From Sphyrna mokarran (Eukaryota), in the NCBI GenBank assembly GCA_024679065.1, contig JAGIQG010000022.1, positions 26,784,001 to 26,848,000 on the forward strand: a DNA stretch of 64,000 nucleotides. The letters run 5' to 3'. Below are positions 1-11,749 of this stretch, piece by piece. The position numbers were made by a program, and so were the translations under genes. Each line of letters opens with the position of its first letter. Positions within the stretch are counted from its first letter, which is position 1. The notes under the pieces were generated by a model. The model worked only from the letters and a program-made list of their open reading frames with translations. It made no database searches and was not told where the DNA came from.

Positions 1-139
1 GGAGAGGCAGAGTCCAAAGATAATTTCAGAGTTTAAGACCAAAGTGGCTAAAGGCAAAACTTATTAAAGATTTTGGAATTTGAGGATCACAGACAACAGA
101 GAGTTAATGAAGGATCATCTAGACTCAAAATATTGTGTC

Positions 140-232
140 TTTTCTCTCTCGGCAGATACTGTCAGACCTGTTGAGATTTTCCAGCATTTTTCTGTTTTTG
201 TTTCAGATTTCAGCATCCGCAGTATTTTGCAT
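140..232 (+). repeat. Family-2 repeat body without the ribozyme core
   Basis: agatactgtcagacctgttgagattttccagcatttttctgtttttgtttcagatttcagcatccgcagtattttgc matches 11260-11340. Confidence 0.7.
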
Positions 233-2177
233 TCATCTGAGGGTTGTATGGCTGGTGAAGGTGACAGAGAAAAAGGAAAGTTGGAAGAATTTGAAAGTGA
301 AGATGAAAATTTTAAATTTGAGCTTTAAAAGCTGACACAGTTCACTGATCTTGGTGGATGGCTAATAAAGACTTGGGCTGGAATCTTACCACTGTTCACA
401 ATGGTGGGGTTTCCCATCCTGCCACAGTGAAAGGAGCTTTGGTTGATCACCAAATTCTTCAACCTTGCTGCAGCGTCTGTGTGGCATGAATGGGCGGCAA
501 GGTTGAACCCTTGGTCTGAGTCATTGTACAAACTTTGAGGAATTAAAGTTAGTAGTGAGTGTGGGTCACAGGGAAATACTTCTGTTTATCTTGGCCCCCA
601 GGTAGTGCTGGAAACACACAGATCTGTTGAAGCTAGTTGTTTTTGCCTCCTTTCAGCTGACAAACTTTGAGAGATGAGAAACGTGAGTCCACAATGTAAA
701 ATCTGAAACAGCTTCATTGAAATATTCAAGTTAGGAATCTACTTGGAAAACAAGTTGGTAGCTGCCCCCTTCCCACCTCCCAACCCCTGTTATAATTGGA
801 AGTGGCTGCATTGAGATAGTGAGATATTGTCCCATTTTTAAAATTTCAACTTCACTGAGGTTAATGTTATACACTTTGGGGCAGAAAGTGTTCCAATTCT
901 AGCCAGTAACTTTACGTCATCCTCTGCTTTGCTGGAATCAAATTAAAGTACAGCATGCTCCCTTGCTGTTGTATATTGTAATGAGACTGGAGGACCAGAA
1001 TGATTGCAAAGAGCTTTATAAATGCAAATACTTTCATATTCTTCAACAGTAGAAATTATACTTCTCTGCATTCACTGTGAGCATTGCAACATTTGCATCT
1101 TCAGTTAATGATCAAATCCAGTCTAAGGCATAAAGAAAATCTTTCACTGATAATCTAACCATGCCTTAAGAGTTGTGGTCAACTATTTTAAGAATAGATG
1201 AAGATAGTGCCTCCGTAGCAATTGAGTCTATATGTTCAGTAAACATATTTTGAGATGCCCTGCAATTTGTCTAAATACAGCATTTTGAAAGAAATTGAAT
1301 AGTACGTTTGCCCCTAAACATCCACCTTACCCCAACCTCCCCACACATGCCATCCACCCCCTACACCACCTCTGCTTAATCCAACATCTAAGTCATAATA
1401 CCTTGAAACTCAAACTAATCTTGATCAGCTTAATTTCAAAATTCAGCCTCAGAATGCAAGTGTCACTGGCAAAGTCAGTACTTTTTTATCATCCCCAATT
1501 TCCCTTGAGAAGGTAGTGGTGATTCACTACCTTGAACCATGGCAGTCCATGTGGCGTAGTGAGACCCACAGCGCTGTTAGAGGCAGGATTTTAAACCAGC
1601 ATTTGGTTTGGAAAAAAAACCAAACCACATTTGAATGGAAGGGTTACAGATGTGAAGATTGAGGTGTTTGATTTCAGTGTATTGCTTTTCAGTTTGTTTT
1701 CCACTCTGTTAAATTGTAGAGATAGGTGGTAACAGGAAGCCATGACAAATGAGTATTCTGCACGTCTGGTAGTAAATCAAATGATGCACTTTACAGAATG
1801 TCTGAAGTCTGTAGGAGTCATTAATTTGCACTGAGGACAAAAGTAGATGGGAATAATTAGCTGGAAGTACTCATGTTCCAATATCTGCAATTAATTTCAG
1901 GAAATGTACTTTAGAACTTGCTATTGTGTCTGGGGTTCTCGGCCTGTTTGAGTTATTTTGCATTGATCAACCTGAATAATATTAGCAATGAAAATTTAAT
2001 TCTGTGCGCAACCTGATCTGCAGAATTGGTCAGTAGTCATTCTTTACTGAAACAGGAATATAAAGAAAAGAATATTTAACTTGAATTTTGTCCACGTAAT
2101 AATAACAAATACAGAGCATGAAAATAATAGTCACACCCATTTCAATAGTTGGTTACGACCAAAAAAGTAATTAATTT

Positions 2178-2303
2178 CTCTGAAGAAGGGTCTTCCAGAC
2201 TTGAAACGTTGGTTCTATTCTCTGTCCATACATGCTGTGGAGATTTTCCAGCATTTTCCATTTTTATTTGATTGCTGCATCCACAATAATTTGCTTTTAT
2301 TGT
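2178..2303 (+). mobile_element. Short hammerhead-containing repeat (family 2)
   Basis: CTGAAGA-agggtc-ttcca-gactt-GAAACGTT followed by atgctg...ttttccagcatttt...gcatccac, a body also seen at 140-232, 2790-2910 (-), 10950-11345 and 46780-46965. Confidence 0.7.
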
Positions 2304-2787
2304 TAATTCCAGGCTTGTGAAAGATCACACTTGGCCAGCTTTAATTTAGTATAGCATAGGTTCATATCTTGCTTGAGAATTTTCGGAGTCTTTTCAATTT
2401 GTACGGCATCATTATAGGTAGTAACATTGTAACTATGTACAGTGCCCAAGTTGGTGATAGAGGCAGAAACCCTAAATTTTTTTCAAAAAGAACCTGGATC
2501 TGCATCTTAAGGTTATGGGTCAGGTGCAGGAAGGTGGAATTTAAAAAGGATATCTTAAGCTGACATGGACCAGATAGGCTGAACAGCCTGCTTCTGTACT
2601 GTAGCTTTTCTATGGTTCTATGTATGCTTTCTATGGAAAGAATCACAATCTTTCTGCACCACGTGTAGTCACATAATTGGTCAAAATTGAATGCTTCTGT
2701 GTCTCAGTAATTCCACAACTTTTTACACCATTACATAGACCATACAGCAGAGAAACAGACTCTTTTAACAAACTCGTCCGTAACTGA

Positions 2788-2910
2788 TACAAAGCAAAAT
2801 GCAACTTCTACTGAAAATTTGAAATAAAAACGAAATGCTTAGCAGGGCAGACAACATCTGTGGAGAGATAAACAGAGTTGACATTTCAGGACAATGATCT
2901 TAATCAGAAT
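2788..2910 (-). repeat. Family-2 repeat with a decayed hammerhead core
   Basis: Reverse complement reads ctgattaagatcattgtcctgaaatgtcaactctg...ccacagatgttgtctg. Confidence 0.6.
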
Positions 2911-3319
2911 TAGCCTGTGCTCGTGTTTAAACCTCGCATCTGTCTCCTCCTATTCTATTTGTTTTGTTCCAGCCTTTCCACATAACTTTTCATTTCCCGT
3001 TCCCTCATGCAGTTGTCTGGCCTGCTATTGGAAGCATCTGAGCTCTTGTTTCAACTGCTTCCCACGTTAGAAAGTTCAATCTTTTAATCATTTTCAGTAA
3101 AGATTAAAGAGGAGGAAACAATGGAAGGATTCCTTATTGCATACAAGACTAAGAGGGATGAGAGGAGGCTTGAGTGAAGCATAAACGCTGGCATGGACCT
3201 GTTGTGCCAAATATTATTTTCCAATAGGGAAGCTGCTTTTTTTTTTAAAACGTGTAACACCTCTCACACAGTTGTGCTGAACAGAATTTATGAATTGGAT
3301 ATCCATCCTGGGATATTAT

Positions 3320-3858
3320 AAGGTAGTCTTGTGGTCATGTCTATGAATTAGTAGATCAGACACTAGGATGTAATGGTCTAGAGATATGAATTCAAATTCT
3401 ACTACATCAGCTGAGGAATTTATATTGTTAGCCATTAGGTTAGGTGCATTGGTCATGCTAAATTGCCCCTTTGTCTCCTGGTGTGCATAGGTTAGAGGGA
3501 TTAGTAGGATAAACATGGGGATAGGACTTGGATGGGATTGTTGTCGTGCAGATTCAATAGGCTGAATGGCTGCCTTCGGCATTGTAGGAATTCTATGATT
3601 AATTAATTTTAGTTAATTAAGTCTAGAATTAAAAATCTAGCATTAGTTAAACAATAATGGAGCTATCAGATTGAATGACACTCATGCCTACTGGGGAAGG
3701 AAATCTGCTGCCTTTACCCAGTCTGGCCTATGTGTGACAGTTGACTCTTAAGTGACCTAACAAGCCATTCAGTTTACTCAAGAATGCACCTCTGATTAGG
3801 GATGGGAATAAACATCGGACTTGCAAGTGATGCTCACATCCTGGGAACTAATTTTTTT
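3320..3858 (+). mobile_element. Second tRNA-derived SINE family, with a V-SINE 3' half inserted at ~3433-3600
   Basis: gggaaggaaatctgc...tctggcctatgtgtgac core; tail ttagggatgggaataaa...ctcacatcc. Confidence 0.7.
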
Positions 3859-3972
3859 TAAATGCTTGTTGTGTTCTTATCTACAATGTGAGAATGTTCC
3901 TATCTATGATACGAAGATTTGGTCCCAGATGAGTCCTTCATAATTGTCTCATGTTTGTAGTTGACAGGCGCT

Positions 3973-4107
3973 GGGTGCAATTTTGCTGGCTGTTTGTGTC
4001 ACGCTCCCAATGCAGTGAGGTCGAAGAATTTGGCACCCAGCTAAACTCCATCCACTGCAGTGGGGTGGGAAAATCCTGCTGGTGTGAACGGCTGTAACAT
4101 TCCAGCC
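3973..4107. mobile_element. Short MITE-like element
   Basis: Imperfect terminal inverted repeats (gggtgcaatttt / aacattccagcc); internal cagctaaactccatccact shared with 51418-51600 and (minus) 47648-47769. Confidence 0.55.
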
Positions 4108-4329
4108 ATCATTTCTGTTTCTCTTCTCCTGTAATTCACCATCATATTTCTACACAGAAAACTTGTTATTCGTACACCCAACATGATGAATGTCAATTTA
4201 TTACATTTATGTTGTTCTTATCTCCCTCTACTGTTTTCTGCTTTAATTTATCTTAATTTGTGTCTTAATCATTACTTCCAACCATGACTAGTCTCCTCAC
4301 TCCTGGCTAGCCCTTCCTCTTATTCTATC

Positions 4330-4795
4330 TTTCATAACTTGCTGTTATTCAAAACTCTGTTGTCCATGTACCAAAGTGCCATTCATCCATTAATCTTTGC
4401 TGATTTATTTGGCTCTTGGTTAAAAAAAAAATGCCTCAACCTTGATTCTCATCCCTGTTTTCAAATTTCTGTGGCCTTGCACCTCTCAATTCCTATGATC
4501 TTTGGCTCCACAACCCCATGGCACATCTGCTCTTCTCTAATTCTGGCCTCCCAAGCATTCCTCATTTCAACTGCTTCACCTTGGTGGCTATACCTGCAGC
4601 TGCTTAGGCCCTGGATTTCAGAACTCCATTTCTCAATCTCTCTGCTTTTTTCCCTTTACAATGCTCCTTAAAATCCACCTCGTTAACAAAGGTTTCGGTT
4701 GTCTCCCTGTGTGGCTTGGTATATATTTTGCTTTAGAAATAGACTGGGACATCTTATTATCTTAGAAATGTTATACACATATGAGCTGTTGTTGC
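4330..4795 (+). mobile_element. Old L2-like LINE 3' relic
   Basis: Pyrimidine-rich degenerate C-terminus; 3' UTR ending gttatacacatatgagctgttgttg. Confidence 0.5.
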
Positions 4796-6100
4796 CTGTC
4801 TTTCTTTTTATCCTTTCTACTTTGTACCCGGACAAAAAAGAAACTTGACTCAAATAATGAAACTCAACAGTTACTGGTGAAACTTCCTTTACTTCGGTGC
4901 AAGAATTTTATCTTGGCTGTAATCCCCCTCAGGGGACCCTTGCAGCAATAAGGCATTTCAAAACAAGATTGTTAATGTCACTTCTAGGGCTAATTCTGTG
5001 CAGTGAGATCTGCACTCACTACACGCTCAATTGAAATGGCCCCTGTAGTAACTTGGCTTCACCAGTTACAAATGAACAAACATCTATTAACAGTAACAAT
5101 ATACAGAGCAATAAAGGTTCGATGCTTCCTGGATAAAACTGCTAGGAACAGTGTGGGAAGTCAGGGCGGAGAATAGGTGATCAATTGGTTCATGTGGGGA
5201 CGGATGCATTCCTGATCCATGCCCAGGGTGGCTCAGCCGTGGAGTCCCACGCTAGCAGGTGGTTGGGGGGGAGGGGGGAGGGGGGGGGTAATATCTGTTG
5301 CAAAGGCCAGTGGTAAGTGTTCTATGCCATTATAAAGAACAGCGGCGAGATCTGAGTGTGCCCAATGACACACTCTGCTGCAATCTGTCAGCTTCCATGA
5401 GTTTAGATCTTTTGCCTCTCCTCCTGCTGGCAGTTAACAGATCTTGCATTTTTTTTTTCACCAAGTGAGGTAGGAAATATTTTTTAACCCAAAAAAAGTG
5501 CTCTCTCTTATTTTCGTGCTCATTCAGCGCTAAGAACATTTTTGCTCTGATTGTTCCCACTCTGGGGGCAATCTGAAGCTGGAAGATGAACCTTCTCCAG
5601 GACACACAAATTTGGAAGATCCTACTGTACGTTCTCCTCACCCCTCCAACCCACTGTTCAACCCAATGTTCCACAGTCCTGCAGCTTCCATCCTGACCTC
5701 CGGAGGCAACTCCTCCCCTGCGGGCATTGTGAGCCCTGACATTTGCGTGGCACATTGTTCCAGATGTGATTCCCCACTGCACTGTGGGAAATTGGACATG
5801 GGTAGTTGCACCTTCACCTGCATCCCATTAGCGGGACCCAATGAATTTCTCGCCAGTCTACAGTGGATTTCCCAATCGGCTGAAGGTGAGCACCAGTAGA
5901 AAATTCCGCTGTAAATTCACTCCGATATAAAACTGATTTTTTAGCCTCCTGCCAAATTCTACCTCCCCTCCCCTCTTGCCATTAAACCCACTTGCGGATA
6001 TTTGGGTGAATTCTGCCTGTAAATTTTAGAGTAAATCAGATTCCAGCTGTGGGAACGAAATGTGATGAAAGCTAATTCCCTGATTGGATTCTCAGCGTTA

Positions 6101-6394
6101 AAAGTTTAAGTTTATTTATTAGTGTCACGAGTAGGTTTACACTGAACTGCAATAAAGTTACTGTGAAAATCCTCTAGTCGCCACATTCTGGTACCTGTTT
6201 GGATACACGAGGGAGAGTTTAGCACAGCCAATGCACCTAACCACATCTTTCAGACTGTGGGAGGAAACTGGAGCACCCAGAGGAAATCCACATAGACACA
6301 GGTGGAACATGCAAACTCCACACAGTGACCCAAGCTGGGAATTGAACCCGGGTCCTTGGCACAATGTGACAGCACTGCTAACCAATGTGCCACA
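6101..6394 (-). mobile_element. tRNA-derived V-SINE (HE1-like), tail type B
   Basis: A box tggcacattggtt, B box gggttcaattcc, V core; tail gcgactagaggattttcacagtaac...gtgacactaataaataaac. Confidence 0.88.
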
Positions 6395-7314
6395 ATACTA
6401 ACAATGAAAGTGCAAAACTTCAGCCTCTGATTTTCTGATCGCTTCAATCAGAGGAAATCACTCCCATATCAGTGGTTCTTGCAATTGCTGCTTCTTAACA
6501 GATTGCCAATATAATTATGTCTAAGACTTTAAAGATATATATTAGATTTCTTTTTTGATGTCAGTAATCATGGTGAGATTCTGCAACAAGTGTTTTAAGA
6601 TTTTTACCCTGTGATAATGGGTTTTACATCAATGGCAATATTCTTTGGATGGAAATAATTTGTACTGCTTAATGTTGGTAAATAAAGCCTTTTGTACGAT
6701 TGGCGTTATTTTTCTAATTGATCATTCTACAACTTCTAGTAGGCGACATGTGCACACTTTGGAAGCATGTTCCCATTATTAAGAATTATACTTCCCTGCA
6801 TACAGATCAGTTTTGTGCCTTTTGATCAATTTCTACTTCAAACGTTAAATCAATGTGCATTGGAGAAGCCTTGAGCAAATGAAATAGTTGCATCTTAATG
6901 TTACCGAACTGTCAAATATTTGAACAAAACTTGTCAGGTATTTCCACACTTCGTCAATGACATGAAAATTTTAATCACGTCTTAGTGAAGTAGCTTTGAA
7001 GAAGACAGAGATCCTCACACCCAGACATCTTCCCAAGTGACTGACTGACTGGAAAAGAGGATCCTCTCCAATGCTCCGTTAAGGATGGTCTTATGATGCA
7101 AGTACTGGCATAATGTTCTTTCATAAGCTAACACAAGGCCCTATAAAGAAGGGATCATTTTGAGTTAATATTTTCTGGGGTGTTGGTTGAAGAAAGAATG
7201 TTACCAGGACGTCAGCTCAAGCAGTGCAGTGGAGTCTTGAATATTCAAGTGAACAGAGCCCAAAAAAAGTCCACGCTGCCACCAATACAATACTCGGAGT
7301 ATTGTGCAAAAGAA

Positions 7315-7735
7315 AAACATAATCACAAGAAGTAGGCCATTCAACCCTTTTGAGCCTACTCTGCCATTTAGCAAGATTGTGGCTGATCCTCTTTCTCAAT
7401 GCTATGCTCCAACTTTCTCCCCTTACCCCTTCATGACAAAATCTTAAAAAAAAACTACCCTTTCTTGAATACATTTGGTGACTTGGCCTTCACAGCCTTC
7501 TGTGACATAGAATTCCACAAGTTTGTTATCGTTTCAGTGAAGAATTTTTTTCCTCATCTCAATCCTAAATGGTCTATCCCTCCCTTGGTTCTAGATTCCC
7601 CAAACAGGAAAAACATCCCCCCTGCATCTCAACTGTTCAGTCATCCTTCTAAACTCTCATGAATATAGGCCCAGTTGAACCAATGTCTCCACATCAGATA
7701 GCCCGGTCCACCTTGGTATCAGCCTAGTTATGGTT
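7315..7735 (-). mobile_element. Old CR1 3' fragment
   Basis: 3' UTR gaagtaggccattcaaccc...att gtggctgatc; ctagattcccc motif shared with 54875-57530. Confidence 0.75.
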
Positions 7736-7739
7736 AATC

Positions 7740-8430
7740 AGCTATGTTGATTGGGCCACATCATCTGAATGTCTGACACAAGACTTCCAAAACAAGTTGT
7801 GTCATATCAAGTGGTTACTAAGAGGGCTGAGAAAAGATTTCAGAGATGTCCTCAAAACTTTGCTGAAAAAATGCAACCTCCCCATTGATTTGTGGGAATT
7901 TCTTTCTTGAGACTGTCCAAACCAGAAAAGAAGTGTCCGTGAAGGTGCCAACCATTTTGAACATCTCCAGGAGGCCCAGGTGCACACCAAGTGCTAACAG
8001 TATATTTATTTGTGTCACACGTATTCTTACATTAACACCGCAATGAAGTTGATGTGAAAATTCTCTAGTCGCCACACTCTGGCACCTGTTTGGGTACACT
8101 GAGGGAGAATTTAACATGGCCAATTGTTTTGGACTGTGGGAGGAAACCCGCGCAGATATGGGGAGAAAGTACAGACTCTGCACAGATAGTGACTCAAGCT
8201 AGGAATTGAACTCTGATCCCTGGTGCAATGAGGCAGCAGTGCTAACCACTGTGCCATCGTGCTGTCCATCCACTGACACTGCACCAAAATCCAAGCATTT
8301 TGCCCACCCAACTCCATCTAACACTACCTGCTCCATCTGTGGCAGAGTGTGCAGATCCAACATTGGATTTTTTTAGTCACCCCAGGACCTAGTGGAAGAA
8401 AGTCATCGTCAGTCCCAAGGAATTGAGAAG
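7740..8430 (+). mobile_element. RTE-clade LINE 3' relic, interrupted by a SINE
   Basis: RKDFRDVLKTLLKKCN...VREGANHFE, then C-terminal TCSICGRVCRSNIGFF (C2H2-like finger typical of RTE). Confidence 0.7.
8002..8266 (-). mobile_element. V-SINE (HE1-like), tail type B
   Basis: Same head, core and tail as 6101-6394. Confidence 0.85.
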
Positions 8431-9823
8431 TAGTAGTAAAGAGTCAACCTAGATTAAGGATTGAAGCGGGTCTTGAACTTTGACACAGCTGCTTGCACAG
8501 TTTTCAAAATTATACTAATCAGGAGCAGCAAGAGCCTGAATCATGCTTTTGACACAATAACTGTAGTAGTTTGCATTTATATAATATATAGCATTGCCAT
8601 CTTGCAAGTTGAGTGCACTTTCCTGTTGTTCAATTGCAGCTCTTTGACCTTCAACATGACTGGCAGTAACGCAGCTATCTGACTGAGAGTAGCATCAGTC
8701 ACAATGGCTGCATTTGGAGAGAGAGAACTGCCATTTTCTGTGGAAGGAGCGCTTTCAGGGGAGCAACACTGGCATTGCTAGGGGAGCAGCACTGGTATCA
8801 CCAGGAATAGGAGAGAGTTGTGCCAATGTTTACAAAACTGGAAGCGGATTAGCATTCTCTATGGGAGTGCATTTTCAAGGGACTCAGAGCAAAAAATAGG
8901 AAGGTATGACATTGGTATTTGGGGAGCTTAAGAGGGAAGCAAGGCAGACATTAGCTACCACACTGAAGTTGTAAAAATGTTGACATATGCAATGGCCTCA
9001 AAGCTTGGCATTGAGAAAGAGAGAGAGGAATCTTCAAAGTGGTGTGTGAATTCTGGTGATGTTATTGATCAAGGTCAAGATGATCTAACTTACAGAAGTA
9101 TGATTTGATCATTTTAGATTGTGAAGTTTTAGACCTGATGACATTTCAGAACACTTCAATGTTAAATGCTATTTAAGTAATATTGTGGAGTTGGGGAGGG
9201 AGATGAAAACTGCAAATGAAACATTCTCAAGGAATACACTCATGAACACTCGAGCCATGAAATTTGACTTCTGCCAAGAATTCTGTCTCTTAACTATCAA
9301 CTCCTTCCCAGGCACTTTGCTCAGGCCTAACTAGACTATGCACAATGGGCAGAATTTTATTCTCGTTGTAGTGTACCGACAATTGCCGCAGGGACAGGCT
9401 TTGCCAACTGGGGGTCCTATTGTGGATCGAAGAGTGGCTGAATCAGAGAGTTCCTTGGTCGCCCAAATACACCAAGAAGCTGCTAAGGTTTATCGCAAAA
9501 GAATTACCCAACTTACAGGAACGTAGGAATTTCAATATTATGATTTGGTCCGAACACTGTGACTTCAATATCTGCCCATGTGTCTTGGTGGCAATGGGCA
9601 GAGAGTAGGAGTGTGTGCCCCAGGTCATTCATTTGTGTCCTACTCTCTGTGGCACGTCCCACGTTTGAACGTGGATTTGCAGCTGGTTATCTGATATAAA
9701 TAGAAATTTTTGAAAATGTTGAGGTTCAGCCAGACATTTCCATCATGATAGTTGGGTGGAATGAACACCCTCCCTACCCTATTTGTAAGCTCTTGTAGGA
9801 ATGAAAAAGTAGTATAAATCAGA

Positions 9824-10570
9824 GTTGATTTATTATTGTCATGTGTTGGGATACAGTGAAAATATTGTTCCTTGTGGGCTTTATAGATAAACCTTTCAAA
9901 GAGTATATAGGGGAGAAGGAAAAGAAAGAGTGCAGAATGTAGTCATAGCTTAGGATGCAGAGAAAAGTCAGCTTAATATAAGGTAGATCCATTCAAAAGT
10001 CTGACGGCAGCAGAGAAGAAGCTCTTCTTGGGTGAGTTGGTTCGTACACCATCTCGGACTTCTGTATCTTTTTTCCACCTTCTCCCGTCGGGAAAGAGTG
10101 TGTATTTGATTCTGCTGGCTGTTTTCTGAGGCAGTGGGAAGTGTGGACAGAGCTAATGCCTGGAAGGTTAGTTTGTGTGATGGACTGGGCTACATTCACA
10201 ACGTTTTGTAGTTTCTTGTAGTCTCGAGCAGAGCAGGAGCCATACTAAGCTGTGATACATCTGGAAAGTATGTTTTCTATGATGCATCTGTAAAGATTGG
10301 TGACGTGCCAAATTTCCTTAGCCTCTTGAGAAAATAGAGGCATTAGTGGACTTTCTTAACAATAATGTCGGCATGGAAAGACCAGGACAAGCTGATGATT
10401 TGAACATGTAGAAAGTTGAATCTCTCAACCATTTTCACTTTATCCTATTGATATGGACAAGGGCATGTCTTTCATTACACTTCCCGAAGTGGATGACAAT
10501 CCCTTTTGTTTTGCTAACATTGAGGAAGAGATTATTTGTTGTTGCATCTTCTCACCAGATTCTCAAATTT
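9824..10570 (-). mobile_element. Rex1/Babar-like LINE 3' fragment
   Basis: NVAQSITQTNLP motif; tail tgacaataataaatcaa shared with the other copies. Confidence 0.8.
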
Positions 10571-10949
10571 TAAAACCTGTTTGAAAATGTCATTCTATTT
10601 GCTGCATGCCTAATTGCTGCATTGCAGAACCCCTCCCCAACCTCCATCTTGTGTGAGTTTCAAATTGCCCAGAGCTCTGCTAGCTGCTTTCAGTCTGTCA
10701 TTAAACTCACTTACCCATCACTCCACACATGCTGGCTTACCCACAGTGGCTCCCATCCTCTTGTGGATTGAATTTCATGACTTCAACTACAAACCTTTCC
10801 ATAAACTTGATCAATTCTACCGCTGCGACCTAACATATCCAGTGCCACCCATTTCTCTTGCACCCCAACCATCTAGTGTACTCCACTTTTTGTTGCCCTG
10901 CTTTTCAGATGAAGTTCAGCCATTTTTGGCTGGCTGCTTTCCACTGATT

Positions 10950-11345
10950 TTAAAAAAAACTCAGCAGGTTTGGCAGCACCCATGGAGGGAGAAACAGAAT
11001 TAGAAAGGTCATAGAAACCCTACAGAAGGAGACCATTCAGTCCATCAAGTCTACACTGACAACAATCCCATCCCCGTATCCACACAAATTTACCCGGCTA
11101 ATCTCTCTAACCTACACATCATGGAATACTAAAGGGCAATTTAACATGGCCAATCAACCTAACCAACATATCTATGTTAACAATTTCAATTCAATACAAT
11201 AATTATTTGGAAATTGGGTTGGACCTGAAACATCAGCTCTGTCTCTCTCTCTCCTCCAAAGATGCTGCCAGACCTGTTGAGTTTCTCCAACATTTTCTGT
11301 TTCTATTTCAGATCTCCCACATTTGTGGTATTTTATTTTTATTTG
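10950..11345. repeat. Inverted pair of family-2 repeats, split by a SINE 3' fragment (~11010-11170)
   Basis: Minus copy 10950-11000, then agaaaggtcat | inserted sequence | tggacctgaaacatc and a plus-strand body. Confidence 0.6.
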
Positions 11346-11749
11346 ATGCTTTCTCGTCACTTAACGTACACTACTGAATTTTGATTCTTAATGCTTCGGT
11401 GTTAGCTCCTGGAATTATTAGAAATTAATAACCTTTAATTTAAGAAAAAACTGTTGCCATAGCTACATCCAACAAAATGTGCCATATGTTACACAGAGCT
11501 AACAGTATATTTTAATTAAGATACTTTTCTAGTAATGGAGTGCTGTGAACTGAAGGAGAGAGGCTCTCTTGCTGTCAGCCACTCTCATGAATATAAATCA
11601 CCGAACCTCTTACGAAGCTGAAGAATGCAGCAAACCACTTTGAACGTTATTCTTGTAGGCCCGAAGCTGTAAAGTTAAAGAGGCATGAATTTGTGCAGCT
11701 GCTTGTCAAATGAAGTGTTCTTTTTACAGTTCATTAGCTTCGAAAGGTT

